From: Terriglobia bacterium
GTDB taxonomy: Bacteria; Acidobacteriota; Terriglobia; Acidiferrales; UBA7541
NCBI GenBank assembly: GCA_963695545.1
Contig: OY968796.1
Coordinates: 96,001 to 160,000, forward strand
DNA: 64,000 nucleotides
Direction of reading: 5' to 3'
Each line of letters opens with the position of its first letter. Within the stretch, counting starts at the first letter, position 1. The notes under the pieces were generated by a model that saw only the letters and a program-made list of their open reading frames with translations, made no database searches and was not told the origin of the DNA. Position numbers and translations under genes: made by a program. Shown one piece after another: positions 19,280 to 29,900 of the stretch.

Positions 19280-19356
19280 GCGCCCGTAGCTCAGGTGGAT
19301 AGAGCGTCTGCCTTCTAAGCAGAGGGTCGGGAGTTCGAATCTCCCCGGGCGCGCCA
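19280..19356 (+). tRNA. tRNA-Arg (anticodon TCT)
   Basis: Acceptor stem GCGCCCG/CGGGCGC, TAGCTCAG..GGATAGAGC, anticodon arm TCTGC-CTTCTAA-GCAGA, GTTCGAATC, encoded CCA. Confidence 0.97.
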
Positions 19357-19405
19357 GATCCAATAAATTTGGCATCTGTGGTTTGGAAGAATTGACGCAA
19401 GATTC

Positions 19406-19444
19406 AAAAGCCCCACCCTTTGCTGCGCGAAGAATGGGCCACCC
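19406..19444. repeat. REP-like imperfect palindrome
   Basis: AAAAGCCCCACCCTTTGC...GAAGAATGGGCCACCC downstream of the tRNA. Confidence 0.45.
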
Positions 19445-19645
19445 CGGGCTGCTCATTACGCAGCCCGAAAAACGGCCGCGCTCCGGGCTGATTACTCCTG
19501 GAGATATCATCGGGGCGCGCCGAACCGCGAAAAGCGAAGCGCGAAACGCGTGGAAAGGCTGCGCCGCCCGCCGATGGAAGCTCCGCGAGTGCTCGCATCG
19601 GGCTCCCCATACCGCCTGAAATACCCATAAACTCAGCATCCACGC

Positions 19646-19999
19646 CTACGATCCTCTGGCATACAGTCCCAGAACAAGCGAGGCTCCGGCAAGCATGAGA
19701 AACACGGCGGCCCCACCGAATGAGGAGTCGCGTGCACGCCAGTGGGTGATGATGGCGGAGATAAAGAACAGTATCAGACCGATTGCGGCGGCTGTCCCGA
19801 TCAGTGGTAGACGAAAGCCGACCAGCAATCCAACTGCACCCGCTGCCTTGAGGATACCCAGCATTGGCAGCCATGATTCAGGCACCCCCAGTCTCGCCAT
19901 CATAAGGAGAATTTTTTTGTAGCGGACAAAGTCGAGAGTGGCCCCGTAGGCATTTGCAGCGGCAGCCAGCACAGTGAAAACGACATAAGCGATATACAT
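19646..19999 (-). CDS. DoxX-like membrane protein
   Basis: LGVPESWLPMLGILKAAGAVGLL, AIITHWRARD; GGAG SD before MYIAY. Confidence 0.85.
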   Translation of the reverse strand: MYIAYVVFTVLAAAANAYGATLDFVRYKKILLMMARLGVPESWLPMLGILKAAGAVGLLVGFRLPLIGTAAAIGLILFFISAIITHWRARDSSFGGAAVFLMLAGASLVLGLYARGS

Positions 20000-20078
20000 G
20001 GGAGACTCCAATGGTTTTTCCCGTTCGGTTGCAGATCGTTAACCGTCGAATTCAACCCGGTGGCTCGCAGAATCTTCC

Positions 20079-20140
20079 CGTCACATCCACCGGGTTTTAT
20101 CCGTCATACTCATGACGGATCGCGGCCAGAGAATGTGACA
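20079..20140. promoter_or_regulatory. Pair of inverted ECF41-type promoters
   Basis: Plus strand CGTCACA(20079-85)-N16-CGTC(20102-05); minus strand TGTCACA(20140-34)-N16-CGTC(20117-14). Confidence 0.75.
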
Positions 20141-20141
20141 A

Positions 20142-21023
20142 ATGAACGACCGGGATTGGTTAGCGCAAGAATTTGAGGAGAAGCGGCGTCACCTGCGGGC
20201 GGTTGGCTATCGCATGCTCGGTTCCCTGAGCGAGGCGGACGATGCAGTACAGGAAGCCTGGCTGCGGCTCAACCGCTCCGACGCCGGGCCCATCGAGAAC
20301 CTCGATGGTTGGCTGACGACGGTCGTCGCGCGGGTGTGCCTGGACATGCTGCGCTCGCGCAAGTCGCGGCGCGAGGAGTCCCTCAGTTCGCACATGCCCG
20401 ATCCGATCGTGAGCCGCGAGGACGGGAACGACCCCGAGAACCAAGCGCTACTGGCCGACTCGGTCGGTATCGCGCTGCTCGTGGTACTCGAAACGTTGGC
20501 ACCCGCCGAGCGGCTCGCCTTTGTGTTACATGACATGTTTGCCGTGCCCTTCGACGAAATCGCTCCCATTGTCGGGCGATCCCCGACTGCAACAAGGCAG
20601 CTCGCGAGTCGCGCACGCCGGCGGGTGCGGGAAGTGACCTCGGCCCCCGAATCCGACCTCTCCCGACAGCGAGAAGTTGTCGATGCCTTCGTCGCTGCCT
20701 CGCGGGGCGGTGACTTCGACGCGCTTCTCGCAGTGCTTGACCCAGACGTCGTCGTCCGAGTCGACGGCGGCGCCGAGACTTCGGGCGCATCAAGGGTGAT
20801 TCGCGGTGCGCGTGCCGTGGCCGCGCAGGCGGTCACGGTCTCGCGACTAGTCCTGACCGTGCAGCCGGTGCTCGTGAACGGGGCCGCGGGAATCGTCTCA
20901 TGGCTTCCGGGCGGGCGGCCGTTTTCGGTCATGGGCTTCACAGTCAGGCGCGGAAAGATTATCAAGATCGACGTGCTCACCGACCCCGTGCGCCTCAGCC
21001 AACTCGACCTAGCGGTCTTGTAG
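20142..21023 (+). CDS. ECF sigma factor, SigJ/ECF41 type with SnoaL-like C-terminal extension
   Basis: YRMLGSLSEADDAVQEAWLRL, ERLAFVLHDMF, RQLASRARR, LLAVLDPDVVVRVDGG, VNGAAG. Confidence 0.92.
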   Translation: MNDRDWLAQEFEEKRRHLRAVGYRMLGSLSEADDAVQEAWLRLNRSDAGPIENLDGWLTTVVARVCLDMLRSRKSRREESLSSHMPDPIVSREDGNDPENQALLADSVGIALLVVLETLAPAERLAFVLHDMFAVPFDEIAPIVGRSPTATRQLASRARRRVREVTSAPESDLSRQREVVDAFVAASRGGDFDALLAVLDPDVVVRVDGGAETSGASRVIRGARAVAAQAVTVSRLVLTVQPVLVNGAAGIVSWLPGGRPFSVMGFTVRRGKIIKIDVLTDPVRLSQLDLAVL

Positions 21024-21293
21024 ACCTTCTGTTGCTTCATGACGGAATTCGAGAGAAGTTGCGCTTTCGCGGCAAGCCGTTTACCGGCATTCAAAGCGCT
21101 ATCGCAGCAAAAGAGGCTCGACCTAAGGCGCTGTGGACAGCGCGATTAGCGCACCGAATGTCCATTTCGCCGAAATTTGACGGTATTTTTCGTTTAGTCC
21201 GGCGAAAACTGCGCGAAGCGGAGCTGCCCTGAAGCGATTCCCGCGTTTAGTTATAGTAGATAACTTGAAGCATGGTCGCGGAAGGGAAGCAGA

Positions 21294-21845
21294 ATGGTCA
21301 AACAAGCCGAGAAGGCGAAACGACTGCAACCTCTCCCCGAGACGTTGCGGCGCCTGTTCCTCACTTCGGGGAATGTGTGTGTTCCCCGGTTGCCGAGAAC
21401 TAATGATCGACTTGGCTGGGCATTTTGTTGGTCAACTCTGCCACGTTGAGGCTGCGGAACCGGGCGGCGAGAGGTTCAACCGTTCGACCACAAATGAACA
21501 AAGGCGGGCGTTCGAGAACCTCTTGCTCATGTGTTACGCACACCATGTGATCACAGACGATGTAGACGAGCATTCCGTCAGTAGGCTCAAAGATATGAAG
21601 GCGAATCACGAGGCATTGTTTTCCGATCCTGCGGTTGCAATGGCTCGGGTGTTAGAAGACGAGACCGCCAAAACAGAGAGTCGAAAGGCGCGCTCGTTGA
21701 AACGCCTAAACGAAGTGCTTGCTTGGGACCGTGACGATCATCAGCTGGAGGAAAGCGCAAAATTGTTGAATGGTCTCGTGTCGCGGCTCAAGAATCTTCC
21801 GAAAAACGCTCGCGTACTTGTCAGAATTATTGTGGAGCGCGCCAG
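21294..21845 (+). pseudogene. HNH endonuclease-like gene, frameshifted and probably 3'-truncated
   Basis: MVKQAEKAKRL...LFLTSGNVC is in one frame; FPGC...CHVEAAEPGGERFN...NLLLMCYAHH is in another; junction in (TG)4 at 21374-21381. Confidence 0.7.
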
Positions 21846-22062
21846 ATCTTGCGCAGTTTGTTCTCTACGACTTCGGCGGATACCTTCTGCTTCGTTTCGA
21901 ATTCACATTCCACGTTCGGTCTTGATGGAGGCGATGCAACGGTCAGTTGCAGGGGAATCGTTAGGTCGGGCGGCGTCGCTGCGTTTTAATGAGGCGAGAA
22001 ATGCCCGGAGAGCCTAAACTCCTCGCGGAAAGAAATCTTGTAATTGAGACAATGGAGATGCC

Positions 22063-22755
22063 GTGAGCGCCCACTTATTCGGCCTGTTCTTAGCGGGCCT
22101 GTTTGCGATTGGCCAAAGCGCGGGAGCGGGGAGCGCGGAGGTTTGGATGTTCGACCAGACCACCGCGATTGGCAATCATCCTACGAACGTTCTCGGCCAC
22201 CCGCAGGTGATCGAGACGCCGTTCGGCAAGGCCGTGCAATTCAATGGCGTCGATGACGCGTTGTTTGTCGCGGATCATCCCCTCGCAGGCGCGGAGACCT
22301 GGACGTGGGAAGTGATATTCCGGCCCGATGCGGATGGCGCCGCGGAGCAACGATTCTTCCATCTGTCGGTCTTGGATCAGGCAACGGGTAAGGACACCGA
22401 CGATCGCATGCTATTCGAGATACGGATTGTGAACGGCCAGTGGTGCCTGGATAGCTTTGCGGCAACGGGCGCGCATTCGCTGGCGCTGCTCGATCGCCAG
22501 AAATTGTATCCGCTCGGGAAATGGTATCGAGTCACTGCGGTTTACGACGGGCGGACGCTTAAGAATTATGTGGGCGATGACTTGCAGGGCGAAGGCGAAT
22601 TGCAACTGGCGCCGCAAGGACCGGGCCATTCGTCCGTAGGCGTGCGCATAAATCTGAAGGACTATTTTAAGGGAGCAATTTACGCGGCGCGATTTACGCG
22701 GCGCGCTTTGGCTGTGGACGAATTCCTAAAGATGCCCGCCGGCGCTGATCGCTAA
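22063..22755 (+). CDS. LamG-like jellyroll (ConA-like) secreted protein
   Basis: Signal peptide; AVQFNGVDD, W.RVTAVYDG, FKGAIYAARF. Confidence 0.8.
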   Translation: MSAHLFGLFLAGLFAIGQSAGAGSAEVWMFDQTTAIGNHPTNVLGHPQVIETPFGKAVQFNGVDDALFVADHPLAGAETWTWEVIFRPDADGAAEQRFFHLSVLDQATGKDTDDRMLFEIRIVNGQWCLDSFAATGAHSLALLDRQKLYPLGKWYRVTAVYDGRTLKNYVGDDLQGEGELQLAPQGPGHSSVGVRINLKDYFKGAIYAARFTRRALAVDEFLKMPAGADR

Positions 22756-22943
22756 CGGGGCGCTGGATCGAGCGGCTTCCATCGGGCCCTGGCCCTGGCT
22801 TTGTTTTGGATTGCTGACATATTTGTCACTCATTTACGGTGCAAAAGACTATACTAGTGGAGTCACACTAGCATCCTTCCGCGGCCTACCCTGCTCGAAG
22901 CGGTCCCTTGCGAAATCTGACGGTTTTTCGCGAGGAGACGCTG

Positions 22944-23729
22944 ATGGCCCACCCAAAAACTGGCCGTACCAGGATTTCCGCCGCAGAGCCCGCCGCCAAT
23001 GGAGCGGGCAACCGGACGGTGCAAAACAAAATACTCCTTGGGCTTCCAATCAGGGAGCGGAATGCGATCCTCTCGAAGCTGGAGTTCTTCCCCCTACCCG
23101 TTCCCATGGTGTTGAACGAAGTTGCGGAGCGCATCAAGTACGCCTACTTCGTCAACGATGGATTGGCGTCAGTTTTGAAAGTCATGGAAGATGGAAGCAG
23201 CGTTGAAGTGGGGCTTTGCGGACGAGAAGGCTTCGTCGGCGTGCCTTTGATCGTGGGATTCAGCTCCAGCCCCACGCGCGTGATCATGCAGGTTGGCGGC
23301 AGCGGGTTCAGAATCAGCGCCAAAAACCTGGCGGCCGCCATGGATGATTGTCCAACTCTCGTGGCGAGCCTGCGCAGGTTCGCGCAGGAACTGGCGCTTC
23401 AATCGGAACAAATTGCGGCCTGCAACCGGCTGCACGAAGTTGAAGAGAGGCTCGCGAGATGGCTGCTGATGTGTCAAGACCGCCTGGGCGGCAACGCGGT
23501 CCCGCTGACGCACACCTTTCTGGCACACATGCTGGGAACGCGCCGGGCCAGCGTGACCGAGGCAGCAGGTATTTTGCAAAAGATAAACCTCATCAGGTGT
23601 TCGCGCGGCCTGGTGGTCATCGAACATCGTGGCCGGCTCGAAAACGCAGCGTGCGAATGCTACGGCGTGCTGACTCGCCAGATCGCAGCCTGGCACCGGG
23701 AAACCAATGAACATGAGCGGAAAAGATAG
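22944..23729 (+). CDS. Crp/Fnr family transcriptional regulator
   Basis: VEVGLCGREG, ACNRLHEVEERLARWLL, LTHTFLAHMLGTRRASVT, ACECY; GAGGAG SD. Confidence 0.9.
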   Translation: MAHPKTGRTRISAAEPAANGAGNRTVQNKILLGLPIRERNAILSKLEFFPLPVPMVLNEVAERIKYAYFVNDGLASVLKVMEDGSSVEVGLCGREGFVGVPLIVGFSSSPTRVIMQVGGSGFRISAKNLAAAMDDCPTLVASLRRFAQELALQSEQIAACNRLHEVEERLARWLLMCQDRLGGNAVPLTHTFLAHMLGTRRASVTEAAGILQKINLIRCSRGLVVIEHRGRLENAACECYGVLTRQIAAWHRETNEHERKR

Positions 23730-23996
23730 CCTACGATTTGAATAGCTGTGCGCGACGCCGCGTCAGGCCGTAGTACGCCGAGTGTTTCAAAGTGAAACCA
23801 TCATCGTGGCGGATACGACACCACCCTGTGACGCGCGCGCGAGACTCCGCTTGCTCGCCGATTTGACCTTGCTAGACTCTCCCGTGCACTGCGGAACCCC
23901 TTCCGCGTTTTATTACCGGCGGCGATCGAACTGAATTTCCACGAATCGCCACGGTCGTAACCAATCCGCAAGACTCTCCTGGAGGATTGCAATCTT

Positions 23997-26900
23997 ATGC
24001 GCCCAACGCGCTTGCGGATATCGCTTTCTCAATCGTGGGTCGTGCGAGTTCTTCCGACCCTTTCGAGATTTGTGGCGTTCGCCACGCGCGCCGGTTCGTG
24101 GGCGCTGCTGCTTCTGATTTTTTCCGCGAGCGCGGCGCGCGCGCAGAACATCACCGCGGGCGGCATCATCTCGACCGCGGCGGGAAGCGGCGGCGCCGGC
24201 TCAGCGGGAAGCGGAGGGCTCGCGACGGCCACTCCAGTTGGCGGGCCCGACGGGGTGGCATTGGATCGCGCGGGAAATATCTATCTACTGGATCGCACCA
24301 ACGATCAGGTCGACGTCGTCAACACCCAGGCGGCGGCGATCACGGTCACCGGAGTAACGATCCAGCCTGGGAACGTCGCAGTGATCGTGGGGAGCACAGG
24401 TTCGTGCGGGACCGCCGGAGCGATTGGAGACGGCGGGCCGGCAATCGACGGGCTGCTTTGCGGACCACTCGGCTTGGCTCTGGACGCTTCGGGAAACATC
24501 TATATCGCGGACAATCAAGACCTGCGCATTCGCATCGTCAACACGCAGGCGACCGCGATCACGGTCGCGGGCGTCACCATTCCGCCCAACGATATCGCAA
24601 CTGTCGTGGGCACCGGAGTCTCCGGTTCCGCGGGAGACGGCGGCGCGGCGACGAGCGCAACGTTAACCAATCCCAGCGGCGTGGCTCTGGATGCGGCGGG
24701 GAATATTTATATTGCCGACGAAGGCGCGGACGTCGTGCGCGTCGTAAACACGCAAGCGGGATCAATCACCATCGCCGGCGTAACGATCGCTCCGAACGAT
24801 ATCAAGACGATCGCCGGGACGGCCGATTCTCCTGCGTACACCGGAGATGGCGGCGCGGCGACCAGCGCCAAATTGAGCTCGCCGTACGCTGTGGCGCTCG
24901 ACGCAGCCGGAAATATTTATATCGATGACGATGGCAACGAAGTGGTACGCGTCGTAAATCCGCAAGCCAGCGCGAGCGTCACCGTCGCGGGCGTTTCGAT
25001 CGCGGCCGGCGATATCAAGACGATTGCAGGAAACGGAACCTCCGGTTACATGGGCAATGGCGGAGCCGCGACCTCCGCGGAATTGAATAATCCGCTGGGC
25101 GTTTTCGTCGAGGCCAATGGAAACATCCTCATCGCCGATGCGAACAACTCCGTAATCCGGTTGGTGACCACGACCGGAACGATATCCACGTTCGCGGGCG
25201 ACAACACGTTTGGCTTCACCGGAGACGGTGGATTCGCGACGAGCGCCGAGCTGTCCGGCGCAGACGCTACGGTTTCCGACGCCGCCGGAGATGTGTACAT
25301 CGCGGATTTTAATGATCACCGGATTCGCGAAGTGGTGAGCGGTACGGCGAAGTTTGGTTCTGTGGCTGTGGGACAAAGCGTCACGCTGCCGATCGGCCTG
25401 AACTTCACTGCCGGCGAAACCCTGGCGACTATCTCCGCGAGCGGAGATAACACCGTCTCGAGTGTCGGCACGTGCACACTGGGCGTCGCGTTTGTGTCCG
25501 GAAATTCCTGCATCCTGAGTGTGAAGTTCACGCCGACCGCTCCCGGACCGCGATGGTTCCCGGTAACCGTCACCGACTCCAGCGGGAACATCTATTCTTT
25601 TGCATTGCAAGGCACCGGCGTCGCGCCAGCCACGGCCTTCACGCCCGGAATCATCGCCACGATTGTGGGCACTGGGACGGCCGGGTTCACGGGCGATGGC
25701 GGCCCGGCGACCGCAGCGGAAATCGGAAAACTCTGGGAAGCGACGGTGGATAGCGCGGGCAATCTCTACCTCGTCGATCACGACAACCAGCGCATTCGCG
25801 TTGTGAACAGGCAATCGAGCGCGATTACCGTCTTTGGCGTGACGATTCCGGCGGGCGACATTCAAACGGTAGCCGGAAATGGGACCGCGGGCGCTTTAGG
25901 CGACGGCGGAGCGGCCACGAGCGCGGAGTTTTATTACCCAGAGGGAGTGGTGCTGGATGGCGCGGGCAATCTCTATATCGCCGATAGCATCAACAACAAA
26001 ATTCGCAAAGTCACTGCGGCAGGCATCATCTCGACCGTGGCCGGTGGCGGCTCGGCGTGCGGTGCGGCCACCGACGGTTTAGGAGACGGTTGTCCGGCAA
26101 CGCAGGCGACGATTAATTCGCCGAACGGCGTTGGCTTCGACGCATCCGGGAATCTCTACATCGTGGACACGTTCAACAACCGCATCCGGAAAGTAAGCCC
26201 GGCCGGGATCATCACCACGGTGGCGGGCGGCGGGTCGGTATGCGGCGGCGCGACGGACTCCGTTGGCGATGGTTGCGCGGCCACCAGCGCGACTTTGGAT
26301 CTGCCTGGCAGCGCATTAGTGGATGCAGCGGGCAATCTCTACATCGCCGACACCAGCAATAATCGCGTCCGCAAAGTGAATACGAACGGCGTCATTACGA
26401 CCGTGGCGGGCACTGGAACGGCGGGCTTTAGTGGAGATGGAGGCCTCGCGACCAGCGCGGAATTGGATGTTCCGTTTCGTATTTCCATCGACGCCGCAGG
26501 GGATCTTTACGTCGACGATCAAACCAATGAGCGAATCCGCATGGTGGCTACGAACGGGGATATTTCCACCGTGGCGGGTGACGGGATCGCCGGTTTCATG
26601 GGTGACTCCGGATCCGCAACCGCCTCCGAACTCAGCAGTCCAGACAGCGCGGCCGTGGACGGCGCGGGCAATCTTTACATCGCCGACGGCGCAAACTCCA
26701 GGATTCGGAAAGTCAGCGTCACCCTTGCGCCAACCGAGGCCTTCGGCACTCTGGAGGTTGGCCAAACCAGCGGTGCGATGGGCGTCGGTCTCTCCGACGT
26801 GGGCAACGCTGCGCTCAGTATCAGTTCGCTGACGTGGCCCACCGGCTTCGCCATGGCAACTGTCGGCGACGATTGCGCCGTCGCCACGCCCGTGACGCTC

Positions 26901-29900
26901 GGCGGGAAATGCGATCTGGGCACCGTGTTTTCGCCTTCAACTGCGGGCGCGTTCAGCGCTTCGCTGGGCGTGGCCAGCAATGCCTTCGATGCGCCATCGA
27001 CAATCGCTCTAACCGGAACGGCGAATCTGCCTGTAACGGCTTTGCCAGCGACGCTCACATTCTCGAATCAGCCCGTCGCCCAGTTGAGCGCGACGCAAGC
27101 GGTGACGCTGACCAATCCAACCGGCGCGGCGATCACTGGAATCGCCATCACTTTCAGCGGCACGAACGGAACCGAGTTCACCGAGACCGACAATTGCACC
27201 GCCACGCTCGCCGCAAATTCCAGTTGCACGATCAACGTGGGATTCACGCCTACGGCGGTCGGCTCCGGCTCGCACACCGGTGAAATGAGCATCGCCGATA
27301 GCGATCCAAGCACTCCGCAAGTGGTGATGCTCACCGGCACCGCCGTCAAAGGCACGCCGGTAATCACCTGGGCCACTCCCGCGGCGATCACCTACGGCAC
27401 CGCGCTCAGCAGCACGCAACTTGATGCCAGCGCGAGCGTGTCCGGAGTATTTGCCTACACGCCCGCTTCGGGCAGCACGCCCGCGGCGGGGAGCGATACG
27501 CTTAGCGTCGTTTTCACTCCTACCGACACCACCGATTACGCGGCAACCACCGCGACTGTGAATCTCACCGTGAATCAGGCGATTCCGACAGTCACCTGGA
27601 CCACGCCAGCCGCCATCACTTACGGCACCGCGCTCAGCGCCACGCAACTCGACGCGACGGCGAGCACCGCGGGAACTTTCGTGTACGCGCCCGCATCCGG
27701 CACCGTGCTAACGGCAGGATTCCAAACGCTGCACGTGACATTCACTCCGACCGACGCGGTCGATTACACGACAGCTACCGGCACCACAACTCTAACCGTG
27801 GACGCGGCGGCGCCCGTGATCACCTGGGCCACGCCAGCCGCGATCACCTACGGAACCGCGCTCAGCGGCGCGCAACTTGATGCGACCGCGAGCGTGCCGG
27901 GAACTTTTGTCTACACACCAGCCGCGGGCATAGTGCTTGGCGCGGGCTCGAAGGTTCTCGACGTGACGTTCTCGCCGACCGACGCGGTCGATTACACCTC
28001 GGCCTCCGCCGGCGTATTTCTCACGGTAAACAAGGCGACTCCCGTGATCACCTGGGCCACGCCAGCCGCGATCACCTACGGCACCGCGCTCAGCGTCACG
28101 CAGCTTGACGCCACTGCCAGCACAGCGGGCACCTTCGTGTATTCACCCGCATCCGGCACCGTGCTAACCGGCGGAGCCCAAACGCTAAATGTGACGTTCA
28201 CTCCGACCGACGGCACCGATTACACCACCGCGACCGGCAGCACAATTCTGACCGTAAACAAGGCGGCGCCCGTGATCACCTGGGCCGGGCCTGCGGCGAT
28301 CACATACGGAACAGCGCTCAGCGGCACGCAACTTGATGCGACCGCGAGTGTAGGAGGGACGTTTGTCTACACGCCGGCAGCCGGCGCTGTGCTTACGGCG
28401 GGCGCGCAAGTGCTCGACGTAACGTTCTCCCCGACCGATACGGTCGATTACACCTCGGCCTCCGCCGGCGTACCTCTGACGGTAAACAAGGCAGTGCCCG
28501 TGGTTACCTGGGCCACGCCCGCCGCGATCACCTACGGCACCGCGCTCAGCGCTACGCAGCTTGATGCCACCGCGAGTGTGCCCGGCACGTTTGTCTATGC
28601 GCCGGCTGCGGGAGCCGTTCCGTTGGCGGGCAGCGATACGCTCGGCGTGACATTCACACCGACCGACTCCGTGGACTACACAACAGTCACTGCCAATGTG
28701 ACCTTGGTCGTACATCAGGCGACGCCCGTAATTACCTGGGCCACGCCCGCCGCGATCACCTACGGCACCGCGCTCAGCGCCACGCAGCTTGACGCGACGA
28801 CAACTGTGGCGGGTACTTTTGCCTACTCACCGGCCGCGGCGACCGTCCCCGGTGCAGGCAGTCAAACGCTGCACGTGACCTTCACTCCGACTGACGCGGT
28901 CGATTACACAACGGCCACCGCCACCACAACTCTCACCGTAAATCAGGCCACGCCCGTGATCACCTGGGCCACGCCCGCCGCGATCACGTATCTGACAGCT
29001 CTGAGCGGCACGCAACTCGATGCGACGACGACCACCGCGGGGACATTCGTCTACACGCCGGCGTCCGGCACCGTGCTGACGGCCGGAGCACAGACGCTGC
29101 ATGTGACCTTCACTCCAACCGATACGACTGATTTCACGACAGCGGCCGGCACCACGACCCTGACCGTGAATCAAGCCACGCCCGTGATTACCTGGACTAC
29201 GCCCGCGGCGATTACTTACCCGACTGCGCTGAGCGGTACGCAACTTGACGCCACAGCCAGCGTCGGTGGGACGTTCGTCTACTCGCCGGTATCAGGCTCT
29301 ACGCCGACCGCGGGGAACGATTTCCTCACCGTCACGTTCACCCCGACCGACGCCGTCGATTACACCACCGCCACCGCCAACGTGACGCTCGTCGTGCATC
29401 AAGCGACGCCCGTGATCACCTGGGGCACTCCCGCCGCCATCACCTACCCAACGCCGCTCAGCGCCACGCAGCTTGATGCAACAGCGAGCGTGCCAGGTAC
29501 CTTCGTCTATGCTCCAGCCGCGGCGAGTGTGCCACTCGCGGGCAGCGACACGCTCAATGTAGCTTTCACTCCCACCGACGCGGTCGATTACACCACGGCC
29601 ACGGCCAACGTAACGCTAACGGTCAACAAGGGGACGCCCGTAATCACCTGGGCCACGCCTGCGGCGATTACTTACGGAACAGCGCTCAGCGCCACGCAAC
29701 TTGACGCCACAACAACTGTGCCCGGAACTTTCGCCTATACGCCCGCTGCGGCAACCGTACTCGCCGCCGGCAGCCAAACGCTGCACGTGACGTTTACTCC
29801 CACTGACGCCGTCGACTACAACACAGCCAGCGGCACCACAACTCTCGTCGTGAATCAGGCCACGCCCGTGATCACCTGGGCCGCGCCCGCCGCGATCGCC

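Noticed and set aside
19235..19639. 134-aa ORF containing ARPGRFELPT
   Set aside because: Translation of the tRNA antisense strand.
19357..23900. Intact integrative element or prophage at tRNA-Arg
   Set aside because: No integrase, no phage genes and no att duplication of the tRNA 3' end seen.
23730..23996. c-di-GMP riboswitch upstream of the giant adhesin
   Set aside because: I could not find the GGCAAA/GAAA tetraloop/GACGCAAAG-type core.
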